Source: Gammaproteobacteria bacterium (GTDB lineage Bacteria; Pseudomonadota; Gammaproteobacteria; CBDBNL01; JAAOII01). From it: a stretch of 64,000 nt of DNA. The stretch is from contig OZ242292.1 of the NCBI GenBank assembly GCA_965207705.1, forward strand, positions 1,637,276 through 1,701,275. Direction: 5' to 3'. This document shows, one piece after another, positions 17,804-27,880 of this stretch (positions within the stretch are counted from its first letter, which is position 1; every line of letters starts with the position of its first letter). Below the pieces are notes generated by a model. That model was not told the origin of the DNA. It saw only the letters and a program-made list of their open reading frames with translations, and searched no databases. The position numbers and the translations under genes were made by a program.

Positions 17804-19009
17804 ATGGAAAGTAAAAAAGTGTTATGCGTGCTATACGATGACCCTATCACAGGACATCCTAAAGAATATGCCCGCGACGATATCCCCGTCATAAGCAAGT
17901 ACCCTGATGGACAAACAGCGCCCAGCCCTAAGGCAATTGATTTTAAACCAGGCGAGCTTGTGGGTTCTGTATCTGGCGAACTCGGCTTGCGGCGGTTTTT
18001 AGAAGACAAGGGTTATTCGTATGTAGTCACCTCAGACAAAGATGGAAATGACTCTGAATTTGAAAAGAATTTGCACGATGCCAGCATAGTAATTTCCCAG
18101 CCCTTTTGGCCCGCCTATCTTACTGCGGAACGCATTAAGAAAGCTCCTAATTTACGTTTGGCAATCACCGCAGGAATTGGCTCTGACCATGTGGATTTAC
18201 AGGCGGCGATAGACAACAATGTAACTGTTGCTGAGGTAACCTTCTCCAATAGTATCAGTGTTTCCGAGCATGTAGTAATGATGATTCTCGCTTTGGTGCG
18301 CAATTATATTCCATCATATCAATGGGTGACACAAGGCGGCTGGAACATAGCGGACTGCGCTGCTCGCTCTTATGATGTTGAAGGAATGTCTGTAGGCACG
18401 GTAGCTGCTGGTCGTATTGGCTTGGCAGTATTAAAACGGATGAAACCATTTGACGTTAAGCTCCATTACACCGACCGTCATCGCCTCCCCAAAGCAATTG
18501 AAGGCGAGCTTGGACTCACCTTTCACGAAAGTGTGGAAGATATGGTCAAAGTATGCGATGTGGTGACTATAAACTGCCCCTTGCATCCAGAGACAGAACA
18601 TCTTTTTGATGAAGCAATGATTGCTAAGATGAAACGCGGCGCCTATCTAGTTAATACAGCGCGCGGCAAAATCTGCGACCGCAATGCCGTAGCTAATGCA
18701 TTGGAAAAAGGACAACTTGCCGGCTATGCTGGTGATGTATGGTTTCCCCAACCAGCCCCAGCAGACCATCCCTGGCGGACAATGCCTCATCATGCAATGA
18801 CTCCACATATCTCAGGCACCACATTATCTGCTCAAGCAAGATACACCGCAGGTACTCGAGAAATACTTGAATGTTGGTTTGACAATAAACCTATTCGTGA
18901 AGAATATCTTATCGTTGATGGCGGCAAATTAGCTGGAGCTGGCGCTCATTCCTATAGCGAAGGAGACGCAACCAAGGGCTCTGAAGAAGCGTCCAAATTT
19001 AATAAATAG
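17804..19009 (+). CDS. fdh: NAD-dependent formate dehydrogenase
   Basis: 401 aa with collinear similarity to the Pseudomonas sp. 101 / Moraxella FDH family (KVLCVLYDDP...GHPKEY, GxGxxG Rossmann AAGRIGLAV, PHISGTTLSAQARY). Confidence 0.93.
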   Translation: MESKKVLCVLYDDPITGHPKEYARDDIPVISKYPDGQTAPSPKAIDFKPGELVGSVSGELGLRRFLEDKGYSYVVTSDKDGNDSEFEKNLHDASIVISQPFWPAYLTAERIKKAPNLRLAITAGIGSDHVDLQAAIDNNVTVAEVTFSNSISVSEHVVMMILALVRNYIPSYQWVTQGGWNIADCAARSYDVEGMSVGTVAAGRIGLAVLKRMKPFDVKLHYTDRHRLPKAIEGELGLTFHESVEDMVKVCDVVTINCPLHPETEHLFDEAMIAKMKRGAYLVNTARGKICDRNAVANALEKGQLAGYAGDVWFPQPAPADHPWRTMPHHAMTPHISGTTLSAQARYTAGTREILECWFDNKPIREEYLIVDGGKLAGAGAHSYSEGDATKGSEEASKFNK

Positions 19010-19063
19010 CCCAATAATAATCGTTACAACAAGAGAGCATATATTAGTTAATATCAGTTAAAT

Positions 19064-20284
19064 ATGAACTTACCCTCCACTATACGGATTAAAAACGGGG
19101 AAAAGGCAAGACCTACCTTCTCCCCTGAAGAGTTCAAACAAAGACAACAAAACCTTCGGGCGCTGATGGCTGAAAATAATATTGATGCGGTGCTTTTTAC
19201 CTCAATCCACAACATTAATTACTTTAGTGATTTCCTCTATTGCTCTTTTGGCAGGCCCTATGGCTTGGTAGTTACCAGCGATAAGGTTGCCACTATTTCT
19301 GCCAATATTGATGGCGCTCAGCCATGGAGACGCACCGTAGGAGATGATAATATCATTTTTACTGATTGGCAAAAAGATAATTATTTTCGTGCTGTCCAAG
19401 AGCTGTTAGGAAAATCTACAAACATTAAAACCTTAGGTGTTGAATACGACCACATAACCAAAGAACGTCTTGATAAATTACAAGCCGCTTTCCCTAACGC
19501 TCAGATTTGCGATATAGGAGTCAAGTCCATGAGCTTGCGGATGCTTAAGTCACCAGACGAAATTGCTCTGATAACAAATGGCGCGTTGGTATCTGACACT
19601 GGCGGTTATGCCACAGTAGAGGCAATAGCCGAAGGAGCGCCAGAGTATGAAGTGGCTCTTCACTCAACCCAAGCGATGGTGCGTAAAATTGCCGAGCTGT
19701 ATCCACACGCAGAACTCATGGATACTTGGAGTTGGTTTCAGTCCGGGATTAATACAGACGGCGCCCATAATCCAGTTACGTCGCGCCAAGTTCAAAAAGG
19801 CGATATTCTTAGTTTAAATTGTTTTTCTATGATTTCTGGCTACTACACCGCTTTGGAAAGAACCCTATTCTTTGATAGTTGCGATGCAGCATCATTAAAA
19901 CTATGGAAAATAAATTGTGAGGTCCATGAGAAAGGGCTCTCTTTGATTAAGCCCGGCGTCCAGTGTAAAGAGATAGCGAAGGAACTTAATAAAATATACG
20001 AAAGTTATGATATACTTAAGTACAGGACTTTTGGCTACGGCCATTCATTTGGTGTCTTATCCCATTATTATGGGCGTGAAGCGGGATTAGAATTGCGCGA
20101 AGATGTTGAAACAGTTCTGCAGCCAAACATGGTTGTATCCATGGAACCAATGATTATGATTCCCGAAGGACAACCAGGAGCGGGCGGTTATCGTGAGCAT
20201 GATATTCTTGTAGTCACTGAAAGTGGCAGTGAGAACATCACTGGGTTTCCGTATGGTCCCCGGTCCAATATAGTTCCAATATAG
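19064..20284 (+). CDS. creatinase (creatine amidinohydrolase)
   Basis: 406 aa, collinear with Pseudomonas putida creatinase (TFS..E...RQ..LRA, NINYYSDFLYCSFGRPY, WFQSGINTDGAHNPVT, FGYGHSFG, PGAGGYREHDIL) and about the same length. Confidence 0.9.
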   Translation: MNLPSTIRIKNGEKARPTFSPEEFKQRQQNLRALMAENNIDAVLFTSIHNINYFSDFLYCSFGRPYGLVVTSDKVATISANIDGAQPWRRTVGDDNIIFTDWQKDNYFRAVQELLGKSTNIKTLGVEYDHITKERLDKLQAAFPNAQICDIGVKSMSLRMLKSPDEIALITNGALVSDTGGYATVEAIAEGAPEYEVALHSTQAMVRKIAELYPHAELMDTWSWFQSGINTDGAHNPVTSRQVQKGDILSLNCFSMISGYYTALERTLFFDSCDAASLKLWKINCEVHEKGLSLIKPGVQCKEIAKELNKIYESYDILKYRTFGYGHSFGVLSHYYGREAGLELREDVETVLQPNMVVSMEPMIMIPEGQPGAGGYREHDILVVTESGSENITGFPYGPRSNIVPI

Positions 20285-20313
20285 TAAAGGGATAGTTAGA
20301 ATAACAAGTCAAT

Positions 20314-21420
20314 ATGAATAAACAAGCAGATACTTTAGTATCATTTAAGTCAGTAAAAAAGAGCTACGATGGAAAAAGCTTAATCATCAAAGACCTTAAT
20401 CTGGATATAAACAGAGGAGAGTTTGTCACTCTTTTAGGTCCTTCGGGTTCGGGGAAAACTACTTGTCTGATGATGTTAGCGGGTTTTGAGTCGGTTACTG
20501 CTGGTGAAATTCAAATTGATGGCAAGCCAATTCAAAACATACCTCCCAATAAACGAAACCTTGGTATGGTTTTTCAGGATTATGCGCTTTTCCCTCACAT
20601 GACGGTTAAAGAGAACCTTGCTTTTCCGCTTGAAGTTAGAAAAAACTCCAATGATGAAATCAAACAAAAAGTTGATGAAGCGCTTAGCATGGTTGCCCTT
20701 AGCGGTTATGAGTCAAGACGTATAGGACAGCTATCAGGCGGGCAAAAACAAAGGGTTGCCGTTGCCAGGGCTTTAATATTTCGCCCCGAGATTATTCTGA
20801 TGGATGAGCCATTAGGAGCTTTGGATAAAAATCTGCGCGAAGAAATGCAATTTGAAATAATGCGCTTGCATGATTCGCTGGGCATAACCTTTATTTATGT
20901 AACCCATGACCAAAGTGAGGCAGTAACTATGTCTGACAGAATTGCGGTTTTTGATGATGGGGAGATACAACAATATGACTCTCCCACTCAAATATGGGAA
21001 AAGCCACAAAACGCTTTTGTCGCATCTTTTATTGGTGAGAATAATTGCCTGAAAGGTAAAATAGAAAAGATTAGCAAGGGTATATGCAGTGCCAAATTAG
21101 AAGATGGTTCGCTTATTAAGGCGCAGGCGGTTAATGTTTCACACGCAGGGGAGGATAGCACCTTGACAGTTCGCCCAGAAAGGGTAACTGTCGGCAAAGA
21201 TGCTGCGGCACTTAAAGGTAAGAATTATTCAAAAATAAAAGGTAGGGTACTGGAAGTCATTTATATGGGCGACCATATTCGTATCCGTATGAGGGTTGGA
21301 AATAGTGATTCATTCATTATTATGGTTGAAAACACTTCTGACCACCAACATTACAAACAAGGGGAGACGTTAAATTTGGCATGGAGAGCCGAGGATTGTC
21401 ATGCTCTTGATGCTACTTAA
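20314..21420 (+). CDS. ABC transporter ATP-binding protein, PotA/PotG-like
   Basis: Walker A GPSGSGKTT, signature LSGGQKQR, Walker B ILMDEP, and a C-terminal TOBE-like regulatory domain. Confidence 0.88.
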   Translation: MNKQADTLVSFKSVKKSYDGKSLIIKDLNLDINRGEFVTLLGPSGSGKTTCLMMLAGFESVTAGEIQIDGKPIQNIPPNKRNLGMVFQDYALFPHMTVKENLAFPLEVRKNSNDEIKQKVDEALSMVALSGYESRRIGQLSGGQKQRVAVARALIFRPEIILMDEPLGALDKNLREEMQFEIMRLHDSLGITFIYVTHDQSEAVTMSDRIAVFDDGEIQQYDSPTQIWEKPQNAFVASFIGENNCLKGKIEKISKGICSAKLEDGSLIKAQAVNVSHAGEDSTLTVRPERVTVGKDAAALKGKNYSKIKGRVLEVIYMGDHIRIRMRVGNSDSFIIMVENTSDHQHYKQGETLNLAWRAEDCHALDAT

Positions 21421-21445
21421 TTATTATTAACAATATATATATATT

Positions 21446-22552
21446 ATGACAAAACATACTATAACTAAAGCAATTGCAATTACTGCAGGCGCTACATTAT
21501 TAGCTGGTCTTGGCGTTGTATCTAATGCTGCTGGTTCCTTGAACATTGTTTCTTGGGGCGGCGCTTATACTAAAAGCCAAACCGAAGCTTATCACAAACC
21601 ATTTACCAAGAAGTCCAACGTTAAGATCAATAATATTGATCAAGGTTCTGCTTCTCCAGCTGGGCTGCGCGCTCAGGTGAAGGCAGGCAAGGTTACTTGG
21701 GATTTGGTTGATGTTCTTGAAGCAGATTCAGCTCGCTTATGCGATGATGGTATAGTCGAGAGAATTGACTATAACACGATTCTTGCTCCAGGCAAAGATG
21801 GCTCTAAACCCACCGATGATTTCGTTGGAGGATTGAACGGCTGTTTTATTCCACAGATAGTATACGCAACACTTTTTGGCTACAATACAGAAGTATTTAC
21901 AGGCAAAAGGGTTCCTAAAACTATCAAGGATGTATTTAATCTTAGAAAATTTCCTGGTAAAAGGGCATTTGAAAAACTTGCCGCCAATAACTTGGAATGG
22001 GCTTTGATAGCTGATGGAGTTAAGATTAAAGATGTCTATAAAGTTCTTGGCACTGAAAAAGGTGTTGCAAGAGCTTTTAAGAAGCTTGATACTATTAAGG
22101 ATTCAGTTATCTGGTGGGAAAAAGGCGCGCAACCGCCACAACTCCTGGCTGATAAAGAAGTTGTAATAGCCAGCGCCTATAATGGACGTCTGTTCAATGC
22201 TCAGTTAATTGAAAACCAACCCATTGCAATAATATGGGATGGACAATCAGTTGAGATTGATGGCTGGGTTGTCCCCAAAGGTAAACTTTCTAAAGAAATG
22301 AAGGACTATTTATATTTTGCTACCGACTCACAACGTTTGGCGGACCAAGCAAGGTATATTTCCTATAGCCCAGCGCGTAAATCCTCCGCTACTTTAGTAT
22401 CCACTTTAGCAGATAATCCAAGCATTCAAGTAGGACCTCACTTGCCTACTCATCCTGATAACTACTTTAACCCTTTGGTTAAAAGTGCAGAGTTCTGGAT
22501 TGATAATGGTGAGAGTTTAAATGAACGCTTTCAAGCATGGTTGGTTAAATAA
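21446..22552 (+). CDS. periplasmic substrate-binding protein, PotD/PotF family
   Basis: A signal peptide followed by an SBP fold with similarity to polyamine/opine-type binding proteins, encoded between the ATPase and permease genes. Confidence 0.75.
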   Translation: MTKHTITKAIAITAGATLLAGLGVVSNAAGSLNIVSWGGAYTKSQTEAYHKPFTKKSNVKINNIDQGSASPAGLRAQVKAGKVTWDLVDVLEADSARLCDDGIVERIDYNTILAPGKDGSKPTDDFVGGLNGCFIPQIVYATLFGYNTEVFTGKRVPKTIKDVFNLRKFPGKRAFEKLAANNLEWALIADGVKIKDVYKVLGTEKGVARAFKKLDTIKDSVIWWEKGAQPPQLLADKEVVIASAYNGRLFNAQLIENQPIAIIWDGQSVEIDGWVVPKGKLSKEMKDYLYFATDSQRLADQARYISYSPARKSSATLVSTLADNPSIQVGPHLPTHPDNYFNPLVKSAEFWIDNGESLNERFQAWLVK

Positions 22553-22567
22553 CCCTTCCTAATATTA

Positions 22568-22607
22568 CAAACCGAGTTGGGGGACTCGGTTTGTTTTTTT
22601 TATTTTT
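22568..22607 (+). terminator. Rho-independent terminator/attenuator between the SBP gene and permease genes
   Basis: AAACCGAGT-TGGGGG-ACTCGGTTT perfect 9-bp stem followed by TGTTTTTTTTATTTTT. Confidence 0.65.
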
Positions 22608-22626
22608 ATAAAGGATTAGTAAACTT

Positions 22627-23841
22627 ATGACACGGACAATAAAACAACAGTATCGTAAATCTCAAAATCGTCTGCGCTTACGCGCTTTGCTTTTGGTGTC
22701 TCCTTTATTGATATTCATCTGTGTGATGTTTCTTATACCTATCCTGCGGTTAATGGTAGTTAGTACCGATAATCAGGATATGTATGAGTTAGTACCTCAG
22801 ACCCGTGACATAATTCAAACTTGGGATGGCAGCGGCACCCCCAGCGAAGAAATATACGCCGCATTTCTGGCTGACTTAAAAGTAGCAAAAGAATCTCAAA
22901 GAATTGGGCAAATAGCCCGCAGATTAAACTATGAATTGCCCGGCGCTCGGACTTCTGTGAATCGTATGGGGCGGCGCTTGGATAGTATATCTCCCCCATA
23001 TAAAGAAGCGTTCGCCGAGGTAGATGAAAAATGGGATGGACCTGCCTTATGGAGTATTATTAAACGGGAAAGTTCTCTTTACACTGCCTCTTATTATGTG
23101 GCAGCCATTGATATGAAGTATTCACCTGAGGGAGGACTTGAGCCGCGTCCCGACTATCAACAGATCTATGTAAAATTATTCATTAGAACTATTATAATAA
23201 GCGCAATTATAGTTTTGTTGTGTTTCCTTTTAGGGTATCCTATTGCTTACCTGCTTTCCACTCTGCCAGTCAAGTACAGCAACTTACTAATGATATTTGT
23301 GTTATTGCCATTTTGGACTTCTTTGTTAGTTAGAACCACTTCTTGGATAGTGCTTCTTCAATCGCAAGGAGTGCTTAATTCTTTCTTTGTTTTGCTTGGT
23401 TTAGTTGATGATGAGAATAGAATTCAGATGGTTTACAACATGACTGGAACGATTATTGCTATGACTCATATTTTGCTGCCTTTTATGATTTTGCCCTTGT
23501 ATAGCGTAATGAAGACCATCCCGGCTAACCTGATGCGCGCTTCAATATCCATGGGTGCTAGTTGGATTTATTCTTTCTTTCGCGTTTATTTCCCCATGTC
23601 CTTGCCAGGGGTTAGCGCTGGCGGACTTTTAGTTTTTATTCTTGCTATTGGCTACTATATAACTCCAGCTTTGGTAGGCGGTAGTTCGGGACAATTCATT
23701 TCAAACCTCATTGCCTATCATATCCAATCATCACTTAACTGGGGGCTAGGCGCCGCATTAAGTGCAATGCTGTTGGGATGTGTTCTAATTCTTTATTGGG
23801 TTTATAATCGCCTTATTGGCATTGATAAGCTAAGCTTCTAA
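22627..23841 (+). CDS. ABC transporter permease, PotB/PotH-like, with a long N-terminal extension
   Basis: The C-terminal half is a typical 6-TM BPD_transp_1 permease (EAA-like loop). It has an extra periplasmic or N-terminal segment of about 130 aa. Confidence 0.8.
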   Translation: MTRTIKQQYRKSQNRLRLRALLLVSPLLIFICVMFLIPILRLMVVSTDNQDMYELVPQTRDIIQTWDGSGTPSEEIYAAFLADLKVAKESQRIGQIARRLNYELPGARTSVNRMGRRLDSISPPYKEAFAEVDEKWDGPALWSIIKRESSLYTASYYVAAIDMKYSPEGGLEPRPDYQQIYVKLFIRTIIISAIIVLLCFLLGYPIAYLLSTLPVKYSNLLMIFVLLPFWTSLLVRTTSWIVLLQSQGVLNSFFVLLGLVDDENRIQMVYNMTGTIIAMTHILLPFMILPLYSVMKTIPANLMRASISMGASWIYSFFRVYFPMSLPGVSAGGLLVFILAIGYYITPALVGGSSGQFISNLIAYHIQSSLNWGLGAALSAMLLGCVLILYWVYNRLIGIDKLSF

Positions 23842-23863
23842 GCATCTTATTTAGCATCTTGTT

Positions 23864-24706
23864 ATGAAATCATATTTAACTCCCGCAGAAAGAATAGGGC
23901 GCTGGACTTACCTGGTATTCTGTTGTTTGGTATTTATCTTTTTGCTATTCCCGCTTCTCGTAATAATTCCGCTGTCTTTTAATTCTATTCCTTACTTCAC
24001 CTTCACTAAAGAGATGCTTGCTCTTGACCCTGAGGGTTTTTCTTTGAGATGGTATAAAGATTTTTGGAGTAGTGAAGAATGGCGACTGGCTGTAAAGAAT
24101 AGCTTCATAATTGCCATATTTGCCACTTTATTGGCAACCTCCCTTGGCACCCTGGCGGCTCTTGGACTTTCGCGTTCCTATATGCCATTTAAGAATTTGA
24201 TTATGGGAATTCTCATATCTCCTTTGATTGTCCCTATTATCATATCCGCAGTTGGTATGTTCTTCTTTTTTGCTGATGTAGGATTAGCAAAAACATATCT
24301 GGGAGCTATTCTCGGTCATACAGTTGTGGGCACGCCTTTTGTTGTTATAACTGTGACTGCTTCGCTTAGTGGCTTCAATTATAATTTAGTTCGCGCGGCG
24401 CAGAATCTTGGCTCTAGTCATTGGCGCACCTTTAGGAAGGTTATTTTTCCGTTAGTGACGCCTGGGGTTATATCTGGCGCTCTTTTTGCTTTTGTTGCTT
24501 CTTTTGATGAGGTAGTAATAATTCTATTTGTTGGCGGCTTTGAGCAGCAGACCATAACTGTCCGTATGTGGTCGGGAATAAGAGAAGAGATTAGCCCAAC
24601 TATCCTGGCAGTGGCAACATTATTTTTAATTATTTCAGTATTCTTATTAACCACCATTGAGCTTTTGCGCCGCAGAAATCAAAAATTACGCGGCATCGTA
24701 GAATAA
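23864..24706 (+). CDS. ABC transporter permease, PotC/PotI-like
   Basis: 280 aa, 6 TM segments, with the EAA motif region ASLSGFNYNLVRAAQNLGSS. Confidence 0.82.
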   Translation: MKSYLTPAERIGRWTYLVFCCLVFIFLLFPLLVIIPLSFNSIPYFTFTKEMLALDPEGFSLRWYKDFWSSEEWRLAVKNSFIIAIFATLLATSLGTLAALGLSRSYMPFKNLIMGILISPLIVPIIISAVGMFFFFADVGLAKTYLGAILGHTVVGTPFVVITVTASLSGFNYNLVRAAQNLGSSHWRTFRKVIFPLVTPGVISGALFAFVASFDEVVIILFVGGFEQQTITVRMWSGIREEISPTILAVATLFLIISVFLLTTIELLRRRNQKLRGIVE

Positions 24707-24727
24707 ATTGGACATTACGACATAGTT

Positions 24728-24756
24728 TCTGTAGGGGCGTGAGCTGCGCTCCGCCC
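24728..24756. repeat. truncated REP core (hairpin only) between convergent operons
   Basis: TCTGTAGGGGCGTGAGCTGCGCTCCGCCC, followed by a second 11-bp-stem inverted repeat ATGAGGAGAGC-TA-GCTCTCCTCAT. Confidence 0.7.
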
Positions 24757-24792
24757 GATGAGGAGAGCTATGCTCTCCTCATAAAAAAACGA

Positions 24793-25758
24793 TTATTCCT
24801 CATCCATTGCTACAGCGCATCCCTTAAGCGCCGACAAATCTGACTTTATAATAAAAGTTGGTATTTCCCTCATATAGGAATCAAACCTGCCTTTATTTTC
24901 AAATCTACGCCTCAAGGAACTATTAATAAAATACTTATGGTGCTTGCTTACAATCCCTCCCCCTATGTATACTCCGCCAAATGCTCCTAACACTAATCCC
25001 AAATCTCCTGCCACATCTCCCAAAGCGCAAGCAAACATATCCATTGCTTCCATGCATGACTCATTCTTTTTGTTAATTGCCAACTCCGCTATCTTTTGTT
25101 CGTTAAAGTTTTCTATGGGCTGTCCGTTAATAGTGCATAGAGCATGATACAACCTCTGCAGCCCCTTTCCCGTAAGAACTCTTTCCGCCGAAATACGCGG
25201 CAGTTCGCTGCGCAGAATCTCCGCCACTAAAATCTCCCTTTCGGTTTGTGGAGCAAACGATATATGCCCCCCTTCACCTTGTAAGGGAATCCATGCGTTC
25301 TGTGCTCGCGCCCATATAAGCCCAGACATTCCCAATCCAGTTCCAGGTCCTAATACCCCTATAGGGGAATCTTTTGCCACTTTGCCAGAACCAAATTTAA
25401 TATAGTCATCGGGTTTTAGTAAAGGAACTGCCAGAGAAAGGGCAGTAAAATCATTAATTATTTTAAGTTGGCTAAGCCCTAATTCCTGTTGCAGCTTGGT
25501 GCGATAGAATTGCCAATGGCTATTGGTAAGTTGTATTGGATGAGTATGCACTGGACAAGCAACAGCCAGGCATGCTCTATCGGGCTGTTGTTGAACTTCT
25601 TGAAGGTATTTTGTTATAGCATCGCGTGGATGATTAAAATCGCTAACTTTATAAACCTTCTCTTTGGAGACAACTCCATTCTCAGCTATGCCAAAACGAG
25701 CATTGGTGCCTCCTATATCGGCTACAAAAATTGGGCTATTTGTTAAGTCGCGCTTCAA
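24793..25758 (-). CDS. glk: glucokinase
   Basis: 321 aa with a ROK-less Glk-type N-terminus (IFVADIGGTNARFGI) and collinear with E. coli Glk. Confidence 0.88.
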   Translation of the reverse strand: MKRDLTNSPIFVADIGGTNARFGIAENGVVSKEKVYKVSDFNHPRDAITKYLQEVQQQPDRACLAVACPVHTHPIQLTNSHWQFYRTKLQQELGLSQLKIINDFTALSLAVPLLKPDDYIKFGSGKVAKDSPIGVLGPGTGLGMSGLIWARAQNAWIPLQGEGGHISFAPQTEREILVAEILRSELPRISAERVLTGKGLQRLYHALCTINGQPIENFNEQKIAELAINKKNESCMEAMDMFACALGDVAGDLGLVLGAFGGVYIGGGIVSKHHKYFINSSLRRRFENKGRFDSYMREIPTFIIKSDLSALKGCAVAMDEE

Positions 25759-26725
25759 CTTCCTTTAACTTGGGTGAAGATTCCAACCCTCCCCGTTTGG
25801 TAACGGATAAGGCAGCGGCATGATTGGCAAAATTTAAAATATAGTGTAATTCTTCATCGGTAAGCGCAAACTTATTTTTATTATTAGTATAAATATTGGC
25901 TAAGTTATACAGCACTGCCCCTATAAAATTATCTCCTGCTCCTGTGGTATCAACTACCTTGCATTTAATCCCTGGCAGGTGTACAGGTTCGTTTTTCTGA
26001 GTAAAGGCGCTGCACCCCTTGCCGCCTCTGGTTATTAGTATTAGCTTACAGCCGAGTTCAAAAAGATTATCAACCACTGCTTTTTCTTTTGCATTAGGAA
26101 ATAAAAAATGCATTTCATCTTCAGAAAATTTTACTATATCGGCATGAGGAAATAAGCGATGGACGCTCATCGTTAATAGCTTATCATCCTCCCAAATCAA
26201 TGGTCTAATGTTCGGGTCATAACTAACCAGCACATTATTTTTTTGCGCCAGTTTCATTCCCCATTCGGTGGCTAGGTGGCTTGATTGGGTGGTCTGACAA
26301 TTGGAACCGCAATGAAATATTGCAGTATTTCTAAACCATTCTTCTTTCCAGTCATCTTTACGAAACGCCAGATCTGCGGCACAGTGAGAATCGCGATAAA
26401 TATCAAAACTTCTTTCTCCATCCTTATCATGACTAACAAAGGATATAGAACTCTTTAACCCATCTAATTGGTTGCAATAGTTCATTCTTATTCCTTTATT
26501 ATCCATATAATTCATCAGAAAATCGCCAAACGTATCTTTGCTTAGCTTGCCGACAAAATATGCCTTGCTGCCAAGCTCTGTGATAGCCGAAGCAACTATT
26601 GCTGGAGAACCGCCCGCATATTTGCTAAAGTGCTCTATGCCCTGCCTCTCCTCGTCCTTATTGTCCGTAAAGGAGAACATATCTATAAGAAGTTCGCCAA
26701 AACATATAATTTTTGATTGACTCAT
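25736..26725 (-). CDS. PfkB-family sugar kinase, probable fructokinase
   Basis: Ribokinase-family motifs are present (N-terminal GELLIDM, C-terminal DTTGAGDNFIGAVLY). The context, next to an alpha-glucosidase and glucokinase, suggests fructokinase. Confidence 0.7.
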   Translation of the reverse strand: MSQSKIICFGELLIDMFSFTDNKDEERQGIEHFSKYAGGSPAIVASAITELGSKAYFVGKLSKDTFGDFLMNYMDNKGIRMNYCNQLDGLKSSISFVSHDKDGERSFDIYRDSHCAADLAFRKDDWKEEWFRNTAIFHCGSNCQTTQSSHLATEWGMKLAQKNNVLVSYDPNIRPLIWEDDKLLTMSVHRLFPHADIVKFSEDEMHFLFPNAKEKAVVDNLFELGCKLILITRGGKGCSAFTQKNEPVHLPGIKCKVVDTTGAGDNFIGAVLYNLANIYTNNKNKFALTDEELHYILNFANHAAALSVTKRGGLESSPKLKEVEARLNK

Positions 26726-26763
26726 TTGTTAGGTATTAGATGGTTATATTTAAATATTTATAA

Positions 26764-27876
26764 TTAACTATTATACAGAATGCTCTCGCCAGATTGGTTA
26801 AATATATAACAGTCCGCTGCTTGAAAATATACGCTGACATTCTCTTTCGCCCCTTTAAATTCTTTTGCTTGACAGGTTATTACATTGTCTTTGCTTATCT
26901 CAATATATGCATAAGAGGTATTGCCAAGTTTCTCCAAAGTGATTAGCTTGCCGTCCACTTTAATGCTATTCTTATGTTCTTGTTTTATGCCTACATTTTC
27001 GGGGCGCACTCCTATGATAATCTTATCGCCTTTTTTGATTTGAGATGAACATTTCTTATTAAGGTCTATGGTTATTTCTTGCGAGTTATTAATCTTGCCT
27101 TTAATTGACATTGGAACTGATTTATCTGATACTGCGGTAACCTGGCAACTAATAAAGTTCATGCTCGGAGAACCTATAAAACCAGCAACAAATATATTAC
27201 ATGGTTTTTCATACAATTCTAATGGATGTCCAATCTGTTCCACCTTACCATCATTTAGCACGACTATACGGTCTGCCAGGGTCATTGCTTCCACCTGGTC
27301 ATGAGTTACGTAAATCATGGTAGTTTTTAGTTTTTTATGCAGCCGCGCCATCTCAATTCGCATCTGCACTCTGAGAGCGGCATCAAGGTTAGAAAGTGGC
27401 TCATCAAATAAAAATAGTTTGGGTTTGCGCACTATAGTTCTGCCAATAGCAACCCTTTGCCTTTGACCGCCCGACATATCCTTGGGCTTAGCATTCATAA
27501 GATGCTTTATTTGCAAAACATCCGATGCGCTATCCACACGCTGTTTGATTTCTTCTTCCGATATTTTAAGATTGCGCAAGCCAAACGCCATATTTTCATA
27601 AGTATTCATGTGTGGGTATAAAGCATACGACTGAAACACCATTGCCACATCCCGTTTTACTGGTGGCATGTCGTTTATTACATCGCCGTTCATTATCAGT
27701 TCTCCAGCTGTTATGTCTTCAAGTCCAGCAATAAGACGTAGTAAAGTGGATTTACCGCAGCCAGATGGACCAACGAAAACTATAAACTCACCAGTGTCTA
27801 CTTCAAAGCTAACATCTTGAAGTATATCTACATCGCCGAAGCTTTTGCATACTTTATTTAATTCTATACTGCTCAT
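26764..27876 (-). CDS. sugar ABC transporter ATP-binding protein (MalK/UgpC/MsmK type)
   Basis: Walker A GPSGCGKST, signature MSGGQRQR, Walker B LFLFDEP, and a C-terminal TOBE domain. Confidence 0.9.
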   Translation of the reverse strand: MSSIELNKVCKSFGDVDILQDVSFEVDTGEFIVFVGPSGCGKSTLLRLIAGLEDITAGELIMNGDVINDMPPVKRDVAMVFQSYALYPHMNTYENMAFGLRNLKISEEEIKQRVDSASDVLQIKHLMNAKPKDMSGGQRQRVAIGRTIVRKPKLFLFDEPLSNLDAALRVQMRIEMARLHKKLKTTMIYVTHDQVEAMTLADRIVVLNDGKVEQIGHPLELYEKPCNIFVAGFIGSPSMNFISCQVTAVSDKSVPMSIKGKINNSQEITIDLNKKCSSQIKKGDKIIIGVRPENVGIKQEHKNSIKVDGKLITLEKLGNTSYAYIEISKDNVITCQAKEFKGAKENVSVYFQAADCYIFNQSGESILYNS

Positions 27877-27880
27877 AATA

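Noticed and set aside
24757-24790. Inverted repeat ATGAGGAGAGC-TA-GCTCTCCTCAT between convergent potC-like and glk genes as a bidirectional Rho-independent terminator
   Set aside because: The poly-A/T tract lies on the wrong side of the stem for either transcript (A7 follows the stem on the plus strand; U7 precedes it on the minus strand). It is not a canonical intrinsic terminator, though it may still pause or stabilise transcripts.
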